From: Nitrospirota bacterium
GTDB taxonomy: Bacteria; Nitrospirota; Nitrospiria; 2-01-FULL-66-17
Direction of reading: 5' to 3'
Length of the DNA: 64,000 nucleotides
NCBI GenBank assembly: GCA_049325335.1
Contig: JBMOMC010000043.1
Span: forward strand, 181,852 to 245,851
Below, piece by piece: positions 40,445-50,086 of the stretch. The translations under genes were made by a program, and so were the position numbers. A model generated the notes under the pieces. The model saw only the letters and a list, made by a program, of their open reading frames with translations, did not search any database and was not told the DNA's origin. Every line of letters starts with the position of its first letter. Within the stretch, counting starts at the first letter, position 1.

Positions 40445-41514
40445 ACCTCAAGGAAAAGCTCGCGCAACTCATCATGGTCGGATTCGAGGGCACGCGCCCC
40501 GGTCCGTCCATCACGCGGTTGGTGAAGACCACGCGCGTGGGCGGGGTCATTTTGTTCCGGCGCAACGTGACGAGCCCGGAACACGTGCTCGCGCTGACGC
40601 GCGGATTGCAACGACTTGCGCCCAAGGCGCCCCTGTTCGTGGCCATTGATCAGGAAGGCGGGCGAGTGAGTCGCCTGCCGCCTCCGTTCACGCAGTTCCC
40701 CCCGGCCGCGACGTTGGGCGCGCGCAAAGGCGTGGCGCTCACGTACGCGATCGGCGAAATCATGGGCCGCGAGCTGGCCGCGGTCGGCGTGAACATGAAC
40801 ATGGCGCCGGTGCTGGACGTGAACACCAACGCGGCCAACCCGATCATCGGAGATCGCGCGTTCGGCGACAGCCCGATGGTGGTGGAGGAACACGGCCTGG
40901 CCTTGATGGTGGGACTTCAGGACCAAGGCGTGATCGCGTGCGCGAAACATTTCCCGGGGCACGGGGCCACGTCCGCCGACTCGCACTTGGAGTTGCCCGA
41001 GGTGGACGTGACGCTCCGTCAACTCGAGCGGCTGCATTTACGCCCCTTCGAACACGCCGTCGCCAACCGGCTGTCCGCGCTCATGACGGCCCACGTTCGT
41101 TACCCCTCGTTGGACGCGCGGGCGCCCGCCACCCTCTCCAAGAAGATCCTGACCGGGCTGTTGCGGCGGGCCATGGGGTTCGACGGGGTGGTGATCACGG
41201 ACGATCTGGAGATGAAAGCGATCGCGGATCGTTACGACGCGGGCCCCGCCGCGCTCAAAGCGTTCGAGGCCGGGGCGGACGTGTTGCTGTTCTGTCTGGA
41301 TCAAGACGCGCCCCGCCAAGCGATCGACGCGTTGGCGGGCGCGGTCACGCGCGGGCGGCTGTCCGAGGCGCGGATCGACCAGTCGCTCAATCGGGTGTTG
41401 CGACTCAAGGAGAAATTCCTGCTCGGCGTGAAACCCCCGAGCAAGGCGCGGCTTCGTGCGGTGGTGGGGTGCGACGCCCACCGACACGTGGTCGAACAAA
41501 CTCAAATGGGCTGA
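40441..41514 (+). CDS. nagZ: Beta-N-acetylhexosaminidase (GH3)
   Basis: DQEGGRV, KHFPGHG....DSH, ITDDLEM. Confidence 0.92.
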   Translation: MNLKEKLAQLIMVGFEGTRPGPSITRLVKTTRVGGVILFRRNVTSPEHVLALTRGLQRLAPKAPLFVAIDQEGGRVSRLPPPFTQFPPAATLGARKGVALTYAIGEIMGRELAAVGVNMNMAPVLDVNTNAANPIIGDRAFGDSPMVVEEHGLALMVGLQDQGVIACAKHFPGHGATSADSHLELPEVDVTLRQLERLHLRPFEHAVANRLSALMTAHVRYPSLDARAPATLSKKILTGLLRRAMGFDGVVITDDLEMKAIADRYDAGPAALKAFEAGADVLLFCLDQDAPRQAIDALAGAVTRGRLSEARIDQSLNRVLRLKEKFLLGVKPPSKARLRAVVGCDAHRHVVEQTQMG

Positions 41515-41590
41515 GGAAGAAGACCGAGGCGGCGGTGCACCTCGGCGCGGCGCGCGTCCAGGGACGGAGCGCGCGCCGGAAACCGACGGG

Positions 41591-41815
41591 TTACTTCCGC
41601 TTCGACGCTTTGCCGGTCAACAGCCAGTCCACGCTGACCTTGCCGAAATCGGCGATGCGCAGCAGCAGTTCGGGATTGGGCACGCGGCCCCGTTCGTACC
41701 GGCTGATGTAGTTCTGCTTTTTCACGCCGATGGATTTGGCAAACTCGGTTTGGGTCATCGACCCGCGAATCTCCCGGATTCGTTGACCGACCTGTGTGGG
41801 AGAGTATTTCTGCAT
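41591..41815 (-). CDS. Small XRE-family HTH transcriptional regulator
   Basis: AGGAGG SD; MTQTEFAKSIGV...ISRYERG..P, VSVDWLLTG. Confidence 0.88.
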   Translation of the reverse strand: MQKYSPTQVGQRIREIRGSMTQTEFAKSIGVKKQNYISRYERGRVPNPELLLRIADFGKVSVDWLLTGKASKRK

Positions 41816-41853
41816 CGCCGACCTCCTCCTGTCCGGAATATGCTGACCACGGA

Positions 41854-41904
41854 TATACACAAACGTACTGTTCGAGTATAGCCAACGCCGGAAAAGCAAG
41901 TCAA
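41854..41904 (-). promoter_or_regulatory. Promoter with an overlapping palindromic operator for the XRE gene
   Basis: Minus strand TTGACT-18 nt-TATACT; imperfect palindrome TATACnCnAAC-N5-GTTnGnGTATA at 41854-41880. Confidence 0.55.
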
Positions 41905-42893
41905 GACGGTGCGCGCCCGGAGCGGCTTACGGAGGCCGTCAGAACGCGCCGCGCCGCCGCCATATCCTCAGGCAGCGGGGCGGTAAATACCATCGGGCGT
42001 CCGTTGATGGGATGAAGGAATCCCAACTGTTGGGCGTGCAACAGTTGTCGGTTTGCGAGCACGTCCGGCGGCGGGACCGCTCGGCGGCCCCCGTAGATCG
42101 GGTCCCCCAGCACGGGATACCCCAGGTGCGCCATGTGGACGCGGATCTGGTGCGTGCGCCCGGTCTCCAGCGTGACCGAGACTAGGGTCGCGCGCCCGAA
42201 CCGCTCCAGCACGTCGTAATGGCTCACAGCGGTTCGTGGGGTGGTGGTGCGGGCCGAGATCTTTTTGCGTTCCCACACGTCACGGCCGATGGCCAGATCG
42301 ATGGTCCCCTTGCGCGGCCGCACGTCGCCTGCCACGATCGCCAGATACCGCCTCGTAATACTGTGCGTTTTGAATTGACGCATGAGCCCCGTATGCGCGG
42401 CGTCGTGTTTGGCCGCCACCAGCAGCCCGGAGGTGTCCTTGTCCAGCCGATGCACGATCCCGGGGCGCGCTTTCCCTCCGATCCCGGCCAGGTCGCGGCA
42501 ATGGTGCAACAGCGCGTTCACCAAGGTGCCGGATGCGTGCCCCGGCGCGGGGTGTACGACCAAGCCGGCGGGTTTGTTTAGGATCAGCAGATCCTCGTCC
42601 TCGTAGACGACCTCGATCGGAATGGGTTCGGCGCTGATCTCCACCGGCTGCGGCGGCGGGTGATGGATGACGATGTGGTCGCCGGGCCGAATGAGGTAGG
42701 ACGCCTTGGTGGGACGGCCGTTGACCGAGATCAGGCCGTCGTCAATGCCGCGTTGGATGCGCGAGCGCGACAACGGCATGCCCTGCCGCGTGAGAAACCG
42801 GTCGATGCGTTCCGAGGTTTCGCCTCCGGAGACGACGATTTCGGTGACGGCGTCTGCGGACTCGCGAGCATGCCCGTCGGCGTGAACCCTCAT
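41901..42893 (-). CDS. rluD: RluA/RluD family pseudouridine synthase with S4 domain
   Basis: GIVHRLDKDTSG, TGRTHQIRVH, GDPIYG. Confidence 0.92.
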   Translation of the reverse strand: MRVHADGHARESADAVTEIVVSGGETSERIDRFLTRQGMPLSRSRIQRGIDDGLISVNGRPTKASYLIRPGDHIVIHHPPPQPVEISAEPIPIEVVYEDEDLLILNKPAGLVVHPAPGHASGTLVNALLHHCRDLAGIGGKARPGIVHRLDKDTSGLLVAAKHDAAHTGLMRQFKTHSITRRYLAIVAGDVRPRKGTIDLAIGRDVWERKKISARTTTPRTAVSHYDVLERFGRATLVSVTLETGRTHQIRVHMAHLGYPVLGDPIYGGRRAVPPPDVLANRQLLHAQQLGFLHPINGRPMVFTAPLPEDMAAARRVLTASVSRSGRAPS

Positions 42894-42930
42894 GGTTTAG
42901 GGTCCTGCTGGAGTATCCCTGGCCAGGCGC

Positions 42931-43464
42931 CTAGGGACGGGCGGTTTCCCGCGCGTCGGGCTGGCGGTGAAACACCGCATGGCCCAACAGCATCACCATG
43001 CCCACGGTGATACCCGAGTCCGCGATGTTGAACACCGGCCAGTGGTACTGGCCGGCGTACAGGTCGATGAAATCGATCACTTCGCCGTACCGGATGCGAT
43101 CGATCAGGTTGCCGATCGCGCCGCCAAGGATCAGGGACAGCGAAGTCACGCTCCACCAGTCGCCGCGCTCCACCCGACGGAGAAAGATGCTGATGAGGAC
43201 CAGCGCTATGACCGACACGATCAGAAAGAACCACGTCCGAAACGAGGGGTGCGCGTCCGCGAACAAGCTGAACGCGGCGCCGGGGTTGCGGGTGTAGGTG
43301 AGATTGATCGACGGGATGATCGGGATCGATTCGTGCAGCGTCATGGCGCGTTGAACCGCGGATTTGGTCGCTTGGTCCGCAAGCACGATCACCGCGGCGA
43401 TCCCGGACGCCCACACGCCGGGTCGCCACGGGCGGGCGGCGGGGGAGAATTCGTGGCCGCTCAT
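42931..43464 (-). CDS. lspA: Lipoprotein signal peptidase II
   Basis: DQATK, N.GAAFS, GGAIGNLIDR, VIDFI, FNIADS. Confidence 0.95.
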   Translation of the reverse strand: MSGHEFSPAARPWRPGVWASGIAAVIVLADQATKSAVQRAMTLHESIPIIPSINLTYTRNPGAAFSLFADAHPSFRTWFFLIVSVIALVLISIFLRRVERGDWWSVTSLSLILGGAIGNLIDRIRYGEVIDFIDLYAGQYHWPVFNIADSGITVGMVMLLGHAVFHRQPDARETARP

Positions 43465-46340
43465 ACGCCGGCGAGCACGCCCGCGCAGCGCCCGCACACG
43501 TCCGCGCGTCGCGGGTCCGCGCCGACGTCCGTGCGGTACGCCCAGCACCGCGCGCATTTGACGCCGGGCGCGCGCTCGACCACGACCGCCAGGTCCGGCG
43601 CGAGCGCCTCGGCATGACCGGGCCGGTGATCGAACCCGTCGAGCGCAACATCGGACACGATCAACAGCGACGGCAGCGCGTCGCGGTCTTTCGCGAGCGC
43701 ATCGCGCAGAGCGCCCGCGGCATACAATGCCACGCGGGCGTCCAGCGACGCCCCGATAATTTTGGCCGCCCGAGCACGTTCCAAGGCCTTGGCGACATGC
43801 GAGCGGGCCTCGAACAAACGCTCCCAGTGGGCCGCGACGTCCGCGGGCAGCTCCCAGGTTCCCGACGGCGTGGGGAACTCGCTCAGGTGCACGTTTGTCG
43901 TGGTTCGCGAACCTTCGGGCAGGTGGGTCCAGATGTCTTCCGCGGTGAACGAGAGGATCGGCGCCATCAGGCGGACGAGCGCGGACAGGATCGACTCCAA
44001 CGTTGTTTGCGCGGCGCGCCGAGCCGGGCCGGTTTTCGCCTCGGTGTAGAGCCGGTCTTTGATAATGTCGAGGTACATCGCGCTCAAATCCACGGCGCAG
44101 AAGTTGTTCGCGGCGTGAAACACGGTATGGAACTCATAGGCGTCGTACGCGTCTCGCACGCGCGTGACCAGGGCCGCGAGCCGGTGCAAGGCCCACCGAT
44201 CGATCGGATACAGGCGGTCGATCGGCACGGCGTCGTGTCGCGGGTCAAAATCCTCCACGTTGGCGAGCAGAAAGCGTGACGTGTTGCGGATTTTGCGGTA
44301 CGCCTCCACGAGCTGGCTCATGATCGCGGGCGAAATCCGAACATCGTCCCGGTAATCCTCGGCCGCCACCCACAACCGCAGCAATTCCGCGCCGTGTTGT
44401 TTGATGATTTCCTGGGGCGCCATGACGTTGCCCGCGGACTTGGACATCTTCTTGCCTTGGCCGTCCACCACGAATCCGTGGGTCAGCACCGTGTCGTAGG
44501 GCGCGCGGGGATCCGTGAGCAATGAGGACAGGAGCGTGCTGTGAAACCACCCGCGGTGCTGATCCGACCCTTCCAAGTACAACGCTGCGGGCCACGCCAG
44601 CTCCGGCCGGCGTTTGAGCACGGCGGCGTGGCTGACGCCCGATTCGAACCACACGTCCAGGATATCGCGTTCTTGGTGGAAGCGATGACCGCCGCATTTG
44701 ACACAGGTTGTTCCGGTGGGTAACAGCTCGTCCGAGGACTTTGAAAACCATAGATCGCTACCCTCGCCACGCTCCATGAGCTCCGCCACGTGATCTGCAA
44801 TCGGTTTGCTGGTCAGTGACGCGCCGCAGTCCTGGCACGCAAACGCCACGATGGGCACGCCCCACACGCGCTGCCGGGAAATGCACCAGTCGGGCCGATT
44901 CGTCATCATGCCCACGATGCGCTCGCGCCCCCAACGGGGCACCCAGGTGACGCGGTCGATTTCTTCCAGCGCCCGTTCTCGCAAGGTCTGGCCGCCACTG
45001 ATCGGCTGATCCATGGCGATGAACCATTGCTCGGTTGCGCGAAAGATCACCGGGTTCTTACAGCGCCAACAGTGGGGATACGAGTGTCCGATCGTGGAGG
45101 CGTGCACGAGACGTTCGCGAGACCGGAGCAGTTCGATGATCGCGAGGTTGGCGTCCAGGACGCGCTGGCCCGCGAACGGCCCCGCGTCGTTGGTGAAGCG
45201 ACCCCGGTTGTCCACGGGCGCGTACACGTCCAACCCGTATTCCATGCCGACCACGTAGTCCTCTTGCCCGTGGCCGGGAGCGGTATGGACGCACCCCGTG
45301 CCTTGCTCGAGCGTGACGTGCGTGCCGAGGACGATGGGCGAAGGTTGATCGAGCCACGGGTGGCTGAACGTCCATCCCTTGAGCGCGGCGCCCTTGAACT
45401 TGGCCACCTTGGTGATGTTCGGCCGCGTGTCGAGCCCGGTTTGCTTGGTAAAGGTCGAGTACAGATCCTGCGCTACGATGAAGGCTTCGCGTCCCGCGAT
45501 GCAGATCACGTACTCAAAGTCCGGATGCACACACACGGCTTTGTTGGCAACCAAAGTCCACGGCGTGGTGGTCCAGATAATGATGGATAGGTCTTTCCCG
45601 TGGAGCGCCTGTGCCGTAGCCGGTTGAGCGACGCCGAATGCCGTCAACAGGTCGGAGAGACGCTCGGCGTCACGTCCCCGCAATGGGAACTTCACGTAGA
45701 TCGACGGCGAGGTGTGGTCCGCGTATTCGACCTCGGCTTCGGCGAGCGCGGTCTCGTCTTGCGGGCACCACAGCACGGGTTTCTTCCCCTTGTAGAGCGC
45801 GCCGGTGTCCACGATTTTCCCGAATTCGCGAACGATGGCGGCTTCGTAATCCGGGGTCATGGTCAGGTAGGGGCGGCTCCAATCGCCCAACCCGCCGAGG
45901 CGCTTGAACTCCTCGCGTTGGATGTCCACGAACCGCTCCGCGTACTCGCGGCAGCGCCGACGGATTTCCAGCACGCTCATACCCGCCTTCTTGGGGCCGA
46001 GATCCTTGAGCACCTGGTGTTCGATCGGCAGGCCGTGGCAGTCCCACCCCGGGATGTATGGCGCGTCGTCGCCGCGCATGGTGCGATACTTGACGATCAT
46101 GTCCTTGAGGATCTTGTTGAGCGCGTGGCCGATGTGGATGTGGCCGTTCGCATAGGGCGGACCGTCGTGGAGGATGAATTTCGGCGCGCCGTGCCGTTTC
46201 GCGCGCAGCGACGCGTAGAGCTCGTCGGTCTCCCAACGCGCGAGGAGCGCGGGCTCCTGCCGCGCCAAGTCAGCCTTCATGGGAAACGACGTGGTCGGCA
46301 GATTGAGCGTGTCGCGGTAGGTCTTGGATGAATCGGCCAT
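43461..46340 (-). CDS. ileS: Isoleucine-tRNA ligase (type 1)
   Basis: HDGPPYANG, HIGH, GWDCHGLPIE, EGSDQHRGWF, KMSKS, C-terminal Zn finger. Confidence 0.97.
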   Translation of the reverse strand: MADSSKTYRDTLNLPTTSFPMKADLARQEPALLARWETDELYASLRAKRHGAPKFILHDGPPYANGHIHIGHALNKILKDMIVKYRTMRGDDAPYIPGWDCHGLPIEHQVLKDLGPKKAGMSVLEIRRRCREYAERFVDIQREEFKRLGGLGDWSRPYLTMTPDYEAAIVREFGKIVDTGALYKGKKPVLWCPQDETALAEAEVEYADHTSPSIYVKFPLRGRDAERLSDLLTAFGVAQPATAQALHGKDLSIIIWTTTPWTLVANKAVCVHPDFEYVICIAGREAFIVAQDLYSTFTKQTGLDTRPNITKVAKFKGAALKGWTFSHPWLDQPSPIVLGTHVTLEQGTGCVHTAPGHGQEDYVVGMEYGLDVYAPVDNRGRFTNDAGPFAGQRVLDANLAIIELLRSRERLVHASTIGHSYPHCWRCKNPVIFRATEQWFIAMDQPISGGQTLRERALEEIDRVTWVPRWGRERIVGMMTNRPDWCISRQRVWGVPIVAFACQDCGASLTSKPIADHVAELMERGEGSDLWFSKSSDELLPTGTTCVKCGGHRFHQERDILDVWFESGVSHAAVLKRRPELAWPAALYLEGSDQHRGWFHSTLLSSLLTDPRAPYDTVLTHGFVVDGQGKKMSKSAGNVMAPQEIIKQHGAELLRLWVAAEDYRDDVRISPAIMSQLVEAYRKIRNTSRFLLANVEDFDPRHDAVPIDRLYPIDRWALHRLAALVTRVRDAYDAYEFHTVFHAANNFCAVDLSAMYLDIIKDRLYTEAKTGPARRAAQTTLESILSALVRLMAPILSFTAEDIWTHLPEGSRTTTNVHLSEFPTPSGTWELPADVAAHWERLFEARSHVAKALERARAAKIIGASLDARVALYAAGALRDALAKDRDALPSLLIVSDVALDGFDHRPGHAEALAPDLAVVVERAPGVKCARCWAYRTDVGADPRRADVCGRCAGVLAGV

Positions 46341-46372
46341 TCCGCGATCCTAGCAAGCGCTGCGAAGGCGTG

Positions 46373-47113
46373 TCAACGCGAGCCCAGGCGGGCCGACCAC
46401 AGCGGGATGTCGCCGCGCGCGACTAATTGTTGCGCCTCTTGGTAGCGCTCGGGCGTGCCAATATCGATCCAGGTGGCGTCTGAGCGATGCCCCATGAGCG
46501 GCTCGCCGCGCTCCACGATGGCAATGTACTCGTCGGTGATGGGCGAAAAGTGGTCCACCGGGATCGCCGCGAGCACGCGCGGATCGAGCACGTGGAGGCC
46601 GGTGAACATCACGTCCTCCAAGGCCTCGCTGGCGACGCCGCGACCCAGGAAGCGGCGAATCCGGCCCGCGGCATCGACGCCCAACGCGCCATAGGTTGCG
46701 GTGGCCGGGTCGCGCCGCACCGCGAGCGTGGCTAGCGGGCGATGGGCGGCGTGCGTTCGAATCAGGTCATTCGGGTCGAGCGCGGTCAACACGTCGGCGT
46801 TGACGATCAAGAACGGCTCGTCCTTGAAGAACCCCTCCACGCGTTTGAGTCCCCCGCCGGTGCCGAGGATGACGGGTTCCTCCGAATAGGAGATCGTCAT
46901 GCCGAAGCGCTCGCCGGTCCCCAAGGCCTCCTGGATCAACTCGCCCTTGTGGTGCAGGTTGATCATCACGTCGCGAATGCCAGCCGCCGCGACCCATCCG
47001 AGCGTGTACTCGATCATGGGCCGTCCCGCGATGGGGAGCAGGGGTTTGGGCAGCCGGTCGGTCAAGGGACGGAGCCGCGTCCCCAGGCCGGCGGCCAGAA
47101 TCATGGCCTTCAC
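46373..47113 (-). CDS. murU: Sugar-phosphate nucleotidyltransferase, MurU-like
   Basis: MKAMILAAGLGTRLRPLT..PKPL, W.DIGTPE; coupled to an AmgK-like kinase. Confidence 0.75.
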   Translation of the reverse strand: MKAMILAAGLGTRLRPLTDRLPKPLLPIAGRPMIEYTLGWVAAAGIRDVMINLHHKGELIQEALGTGERFGMTISYSEEPVILGTGGGLKRVEGFFKDEPFLIVNADVLTALDPNDLIRTHAAHRPLATLAVRRDPATATYGALGVDAAGRIRRFLGRGVASEALEDVMFTGLHVLDPRVLAAIPVDHFSPITDEYIAIVERGEPLMGHRSDATWIDIGTPERYQEAQQLVARGDIPLWSARLGSR

Positions 47114-48216
47114 GTGAACTCGGGGACGTACGGGGCGAGCAGGCCCCGCAACTCCGTCAGGTCCGGGTAGCGATCCAAGACCCGTTTGGCCGAGTGCAGG
47201 GTCGGCGTGACATACGGCAGATGCGTGGGCCGTCCTTTGACCTTTTCGATGTAGATGAACCGGCCCGCGGCTTTGAGGTTACGCTGAAATCCGGTGAGGT
47301 CGAACCGGCGGTGAAACGCCGACGCCTCGGGTCGGGGACCCGGAGCCGAAGCGAGATAATAATCGATCAAGCGCTCGACCATGGCGTGGTCGAGGGTGAC
47401 GTAGGAATCACGCAGCAGCGAGGCCAAGTCATACGTGCACGGGCCCATGAGCGCGTCTTGAAAGTCGATGACGCGAAGCCGATCGCCGGTCACCATGAGG
47501 TTACGGCTGTGGTAGTCGCGGTGGACGAACACCGCGGGCGCGGCGGCCAACTCGTCGGCGACGCGGGCGAACGCCCGACGGATGGCCTCGCGCGGCGCGG
47601 CCGGAACTGCGATGCCGCGGCGGGCTTCCATGCCGTATTCGAGAAAGTGATCGAGTTCCCACGCGAGCAGCGCGCGGTCGAATCGTCGCCCGAACGCCAC
47701 GCAACGGTTGGGCGCGGCGTCCGGGTCCGGCGCTTGGATGCGCGCAAGCTCGTCGATCGCCAGCCGATACAGTGCTTCAACGCGCTCCGGCGCGGCGCCG
47801 CCCAGGGCGTCGAACATGGTGCAGTCGCCCAGATCCTCGAGCACGAGACGACCGGCCACGACATCGTACGCGTGGATCGTGGGCACCGCGACGCCGCGGC
47901 CGTACAGATAGCGCTGGATGTTGAGAAACGGCAGTTCGGTGACGCCCGCGTCGCCGCCGGAGACCGCTTCTTCGGATCGCTTGAACGCTTCGGGTTCGGC
48001 CAACTCCATCAACACCAGGGTGGCCGGATTCGCGTCCGGGGTCAGCCGAATCCTCGCATACGTTCGGTTCGACGCGTCGCCCTTGAGTCGCTCGACCGCG
48101 GTGATCCGACCGGAAAGTCCGCCGATCTTCAGCAACGCGGTCAATTCCTCGATCGACGGGTCGCGACGAGTGGAAGGTGAGGGAGTCTGGGGCGACGTAA
48201 GCATCAGGACGGGCAT
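47110..48216 (-). CDS. amgK: APH-family phosphotransferase, AmgK-like anomeric MurNAc/GlcNAc kinase (start approximate)
   Basis: GDASNR.Y.R, LEDLGD, HRDYHSRNLM, IDFQDA, YDLASLLRD, QRNLKA.G.F. Confidence 0.8.
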   Translation of the reverse strand: MPVLMLTSPQTPSPSTRRDPSIEELTALLKIGGLSGRITAVERLKGDASNRTYARIRLTPDANPATLVLMELAEPEAFKRSEEAVSGGDAGVTELPFLNIQRYLYGRGVAVPTIHAYDVVAGRLVLEDLGDCTMFDALGGAAPERVEALYRLAIDELARIQAPDPDAAPNRCVAFGRRFDRALLAWELDHFLEYGMEARRGIAVPAAPREAIRRAFARVADELAAAPAVFVHRDYHSRNLMVTGDRLRVIDFQDALMGPCTYDLASLLRDSYVTLDHAMVERLIDYYLASAPGPRPEASAFHRRFDLTGFQRNLKAAGRFIYIEKVKGRPTHLPYVTPTLHSAKRVLDRYPDLTELRGLLAPYVPEFT

Positions 48217-48413
48217 TCTGCCATGTGGCTCACCCGGTGTCAAAGTCGTCCCGTCATAACGGGATGATCCGCGTTGAAAGGGACAGTGTTGTGGCATTGG
48301 CGCCACGACTGTGGTGTTTTCCACGCACCGAATTGTCTTTAAAGGGCAAATTCCTAGGGCTCGCCGGAGGCATGTCCTTTGCTTTTAGAGTAGCCACCAC
48401 AGGGAGGAGTGCC

Positions 48414-49319
48414 GTGACCAAGGCCGATGTGTGGCAGCAAACCATTCAACATCCCGTACGGTGCGAAGGCGTGGGCCTCCATTCCGGGCAGCCGGTGGCG
48501 GTATGGCTCCGTCCGGCCGAGCCCAATACCGGGGTTCGGTTCGTGAAGAAGACCCCTGCGGGTGATTCGTGGCTGCAAGCCAGTATTGAGGAAGTCTCGC
48601 AGACGCGACTGGCCACGAGCCTGGGGCAAGGCGGGTCGATCGTGCATACCGTGGAACACCTGCTCGCTGCGATTAGCGGGATGGGCATCGACAATATCGT
48701 CGTGGAATTGAGCGCGTCAGAGATTCCCATCATGGATGGCAGCGCCAAGCCGTTCGTCGAAGCGATCGTCGAGGCCGGGGTCGTTCGGCAGCCCGTGGCG
48801 CGTTCCGTGATGGTGATCACCAGGGCGTTTGAGGTGCGGGACGGCGACGGCTGGATTGCGGCTGAACCGGCTTCGCGGCTGGAGATCCACAATACAGTTG
48901 CTTATGATCACGCCGTGATCGGACGGCAGGAATTCGAGTACCAGGACAATGGACCGACGGCGTTTGCGGTGACACTCGCCCCTGCGAGGACCTTTGGATT
49001 TCTTCGCGACGTCGAGCAGTTGAAGGCGTCGGGGTACATTCTCGGTGGAAGTCTGGACAATGCCGTGGTCGTGGGACCGGCCGGGATTCTGAACCCGGAG
49101 GGCCTCCGATGGCCTGATGAATTCGTACGCCACAAGACACTGGACCTGGTGGGAGACCTGATGCTGCTGGGCACGGCGCTGTGTGGCCGAATTACAGCGT
49201 ATAAAGCGGGCCATCGCTTACACGCCCAATTCATGACCTATCTAATGGCTCATCCCGAATGCCGCCGGATGATCGGGGTGGCGCAAAGGGCATTCGAGCC
49301 GGCTGGAGCCGCATCGTAA
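48414..49319 (+). CDS. lpxC: UDP-3-O-acyl-GlcNAc deacetylase (alternative start at 48372)
   Basis: GVGLHSG, TVEHLLA, PIMDGSA, ARTFGF, EFVRHK.LD.VGD, GH. Confidence 0.93.
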   Translation: MTKADVWQQTIQHPVRCEGVGLHSGQPVAVWLRPAEPNTGVRFVKKTPAGDSWLQASIEEVSQTRLATSLGQGGSIVHTVEHLLAAISGMGIDNIVVELSASEIPIMDGSAKPFVEAIVEAGVVRQPVARSVMVITRAFEVRDGDGWIAAEPASRLEIHNTVAYDHAVIGRQEFEYQDNGPTAFAVTLAPARTFGFLRDVEQLKASGYILGGSLDNAVVVGPAGILNPEGLRWPDEFVRHKTLDLVGDLMLLGTALCGRITAYKAGHRLHAQFMTYLMAHPECRRMIGVAQRAFEPAGAAS

Positions 49320-49392
49320 ATACAAAATAGGAGGGCGGTCGTCACACTGCCAGCGGTGGTGTGGCGACCACAGAAGTTCGGTCACCGTAGCC

Positions 49393-49420
49393 CGGGGGCT
49401 CCTCAATCGAGGAGCCCCCG
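49393..49420. terminator. Perfect 12-bp hairpin between lpxC and the convergent micropeptide unit
   Basis: CGGGGGCTCCTC-AATC-GAGGAGCCCCCG; no clear U-tract. Confidence 0.55.
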
Positions 49421-49439
49421 ATCGCCTTAGCACAGCAGC

Positions 49440-49487
49440 TTACTTCTTCTTCGCAGCCTTCTTCTTCGCCGGTTTCTTCGTCGCCAA
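49440..49487 (-). CDS. Putative 15-aa Lys/Ala-rich micropeptide MATKKPAKKKAAKKK
   Basis: TTG start 6 nt after the extended SD GAAAGGGGGTGA (whose TGA is the upstream stop); TAA stop; hairpin 19 nt downstream. Confidence 0.6.
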   Translation of the reverse strand: MATKKPAKKKAAKKK

Positions 49488-49493
49488 GTGTCA

Positions 49494-50024
49494 TCACCCC
49501 CTTTCGCGATCGCCCTCTACCGGGGCTAGATTTGCTTCAGGTGCCAGTTCAAACGTATTCGGCGCGACTTTCCGGAATCGGGGATCTCTGCGCAGCGAAA
49601 TCGCGATCGACGTGATCGGTGTTTTCGCTCGAATCCTCATGCCCCCTTCGACCAACCGTTGATAGAGCTCCCGCGCGTGCATGGGTGTTCCGGATTCCCT
49701 GAGCAGCAACGCAGCGGCCTGTGGCACGCTCAAGCCAAAGTACTTGGTTTTTCCCAGCAAAATTTCCTGGGATTGATCCGGAACGTCCAGGAGGACGCGC
49801 TGTCGCTCCCGTTCGGCATCAGTTGACGGTGGAGCTCCGGTCCCTGCAACCCGCGCCTTTTCCTGTTCAACACGATAGAGCGTCTCCGCCAGCTCCAGAT
49901 ACTTCTTGATCGTTTTGATGTCTTCTTCTAATCGGTCGCGTTTTTTCTGGAGCTCGTGAAGCTTTGTTTTATAGGCCTTAATGCGTTGGTCAAGGCCACG
50001 GAGGATGTCCTGGAGTTCTTCCAT
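49494..50024 (-). CDS. Coiled-coil plus winged-helix (HARE-HTH-like) putative DNA-binding protein
   Basis: Heptad-rich residues 1-57; linker; C-terminal AAALLLRESGTPMHARELYQRL...SIAISLRRDPRFRKVAPNTFEL. Confidence 0.75.
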   Translation of the reverse strand: MEELQDILRGLDQRIKAYKTKLHELQKKRDRLEEDIKTIKKYLELAETLYRVEQEKARVAGTGAPPSTDAERERQRVLLDVPDQSQEILLGKTKYFGLSVPQAAALLLRESGTPMHARELYQRLVEGGMRIRAKTPITSIAISLRRDPRFRKVAPNTFELAPEANLAPVEGDRERG

Positions 50025-50086
50025 AATTCATAACCTGTATCATAGCGTCATATGCGAGCATGCAATCAACTGTAGCATGCACAAAC

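Noticed and set aside
41860..41875. Gram-positive LexA box-like GAAC...GTTT
   Set aside because: The spacer is 5 nt rather than 4. It is better explained as part of the larger XRE-proximal palindrome.
48290..48326. Two GTGG...CCAC palindromes upstream of lpxC
   Set aside because: The arms are short, the spacers differ, and such matches are likely by chance at this GC content.
49341..49493. Alternative acidic ORF (MTLGDEETGEEEG...) from the ATG adjoining the wHTH stop
   Set aside because: The ATG directly abuts the SD and the frame runs through the hairpin. The TTG Lys-rich frame has proper spacing and ends before it. Not fully excluded.
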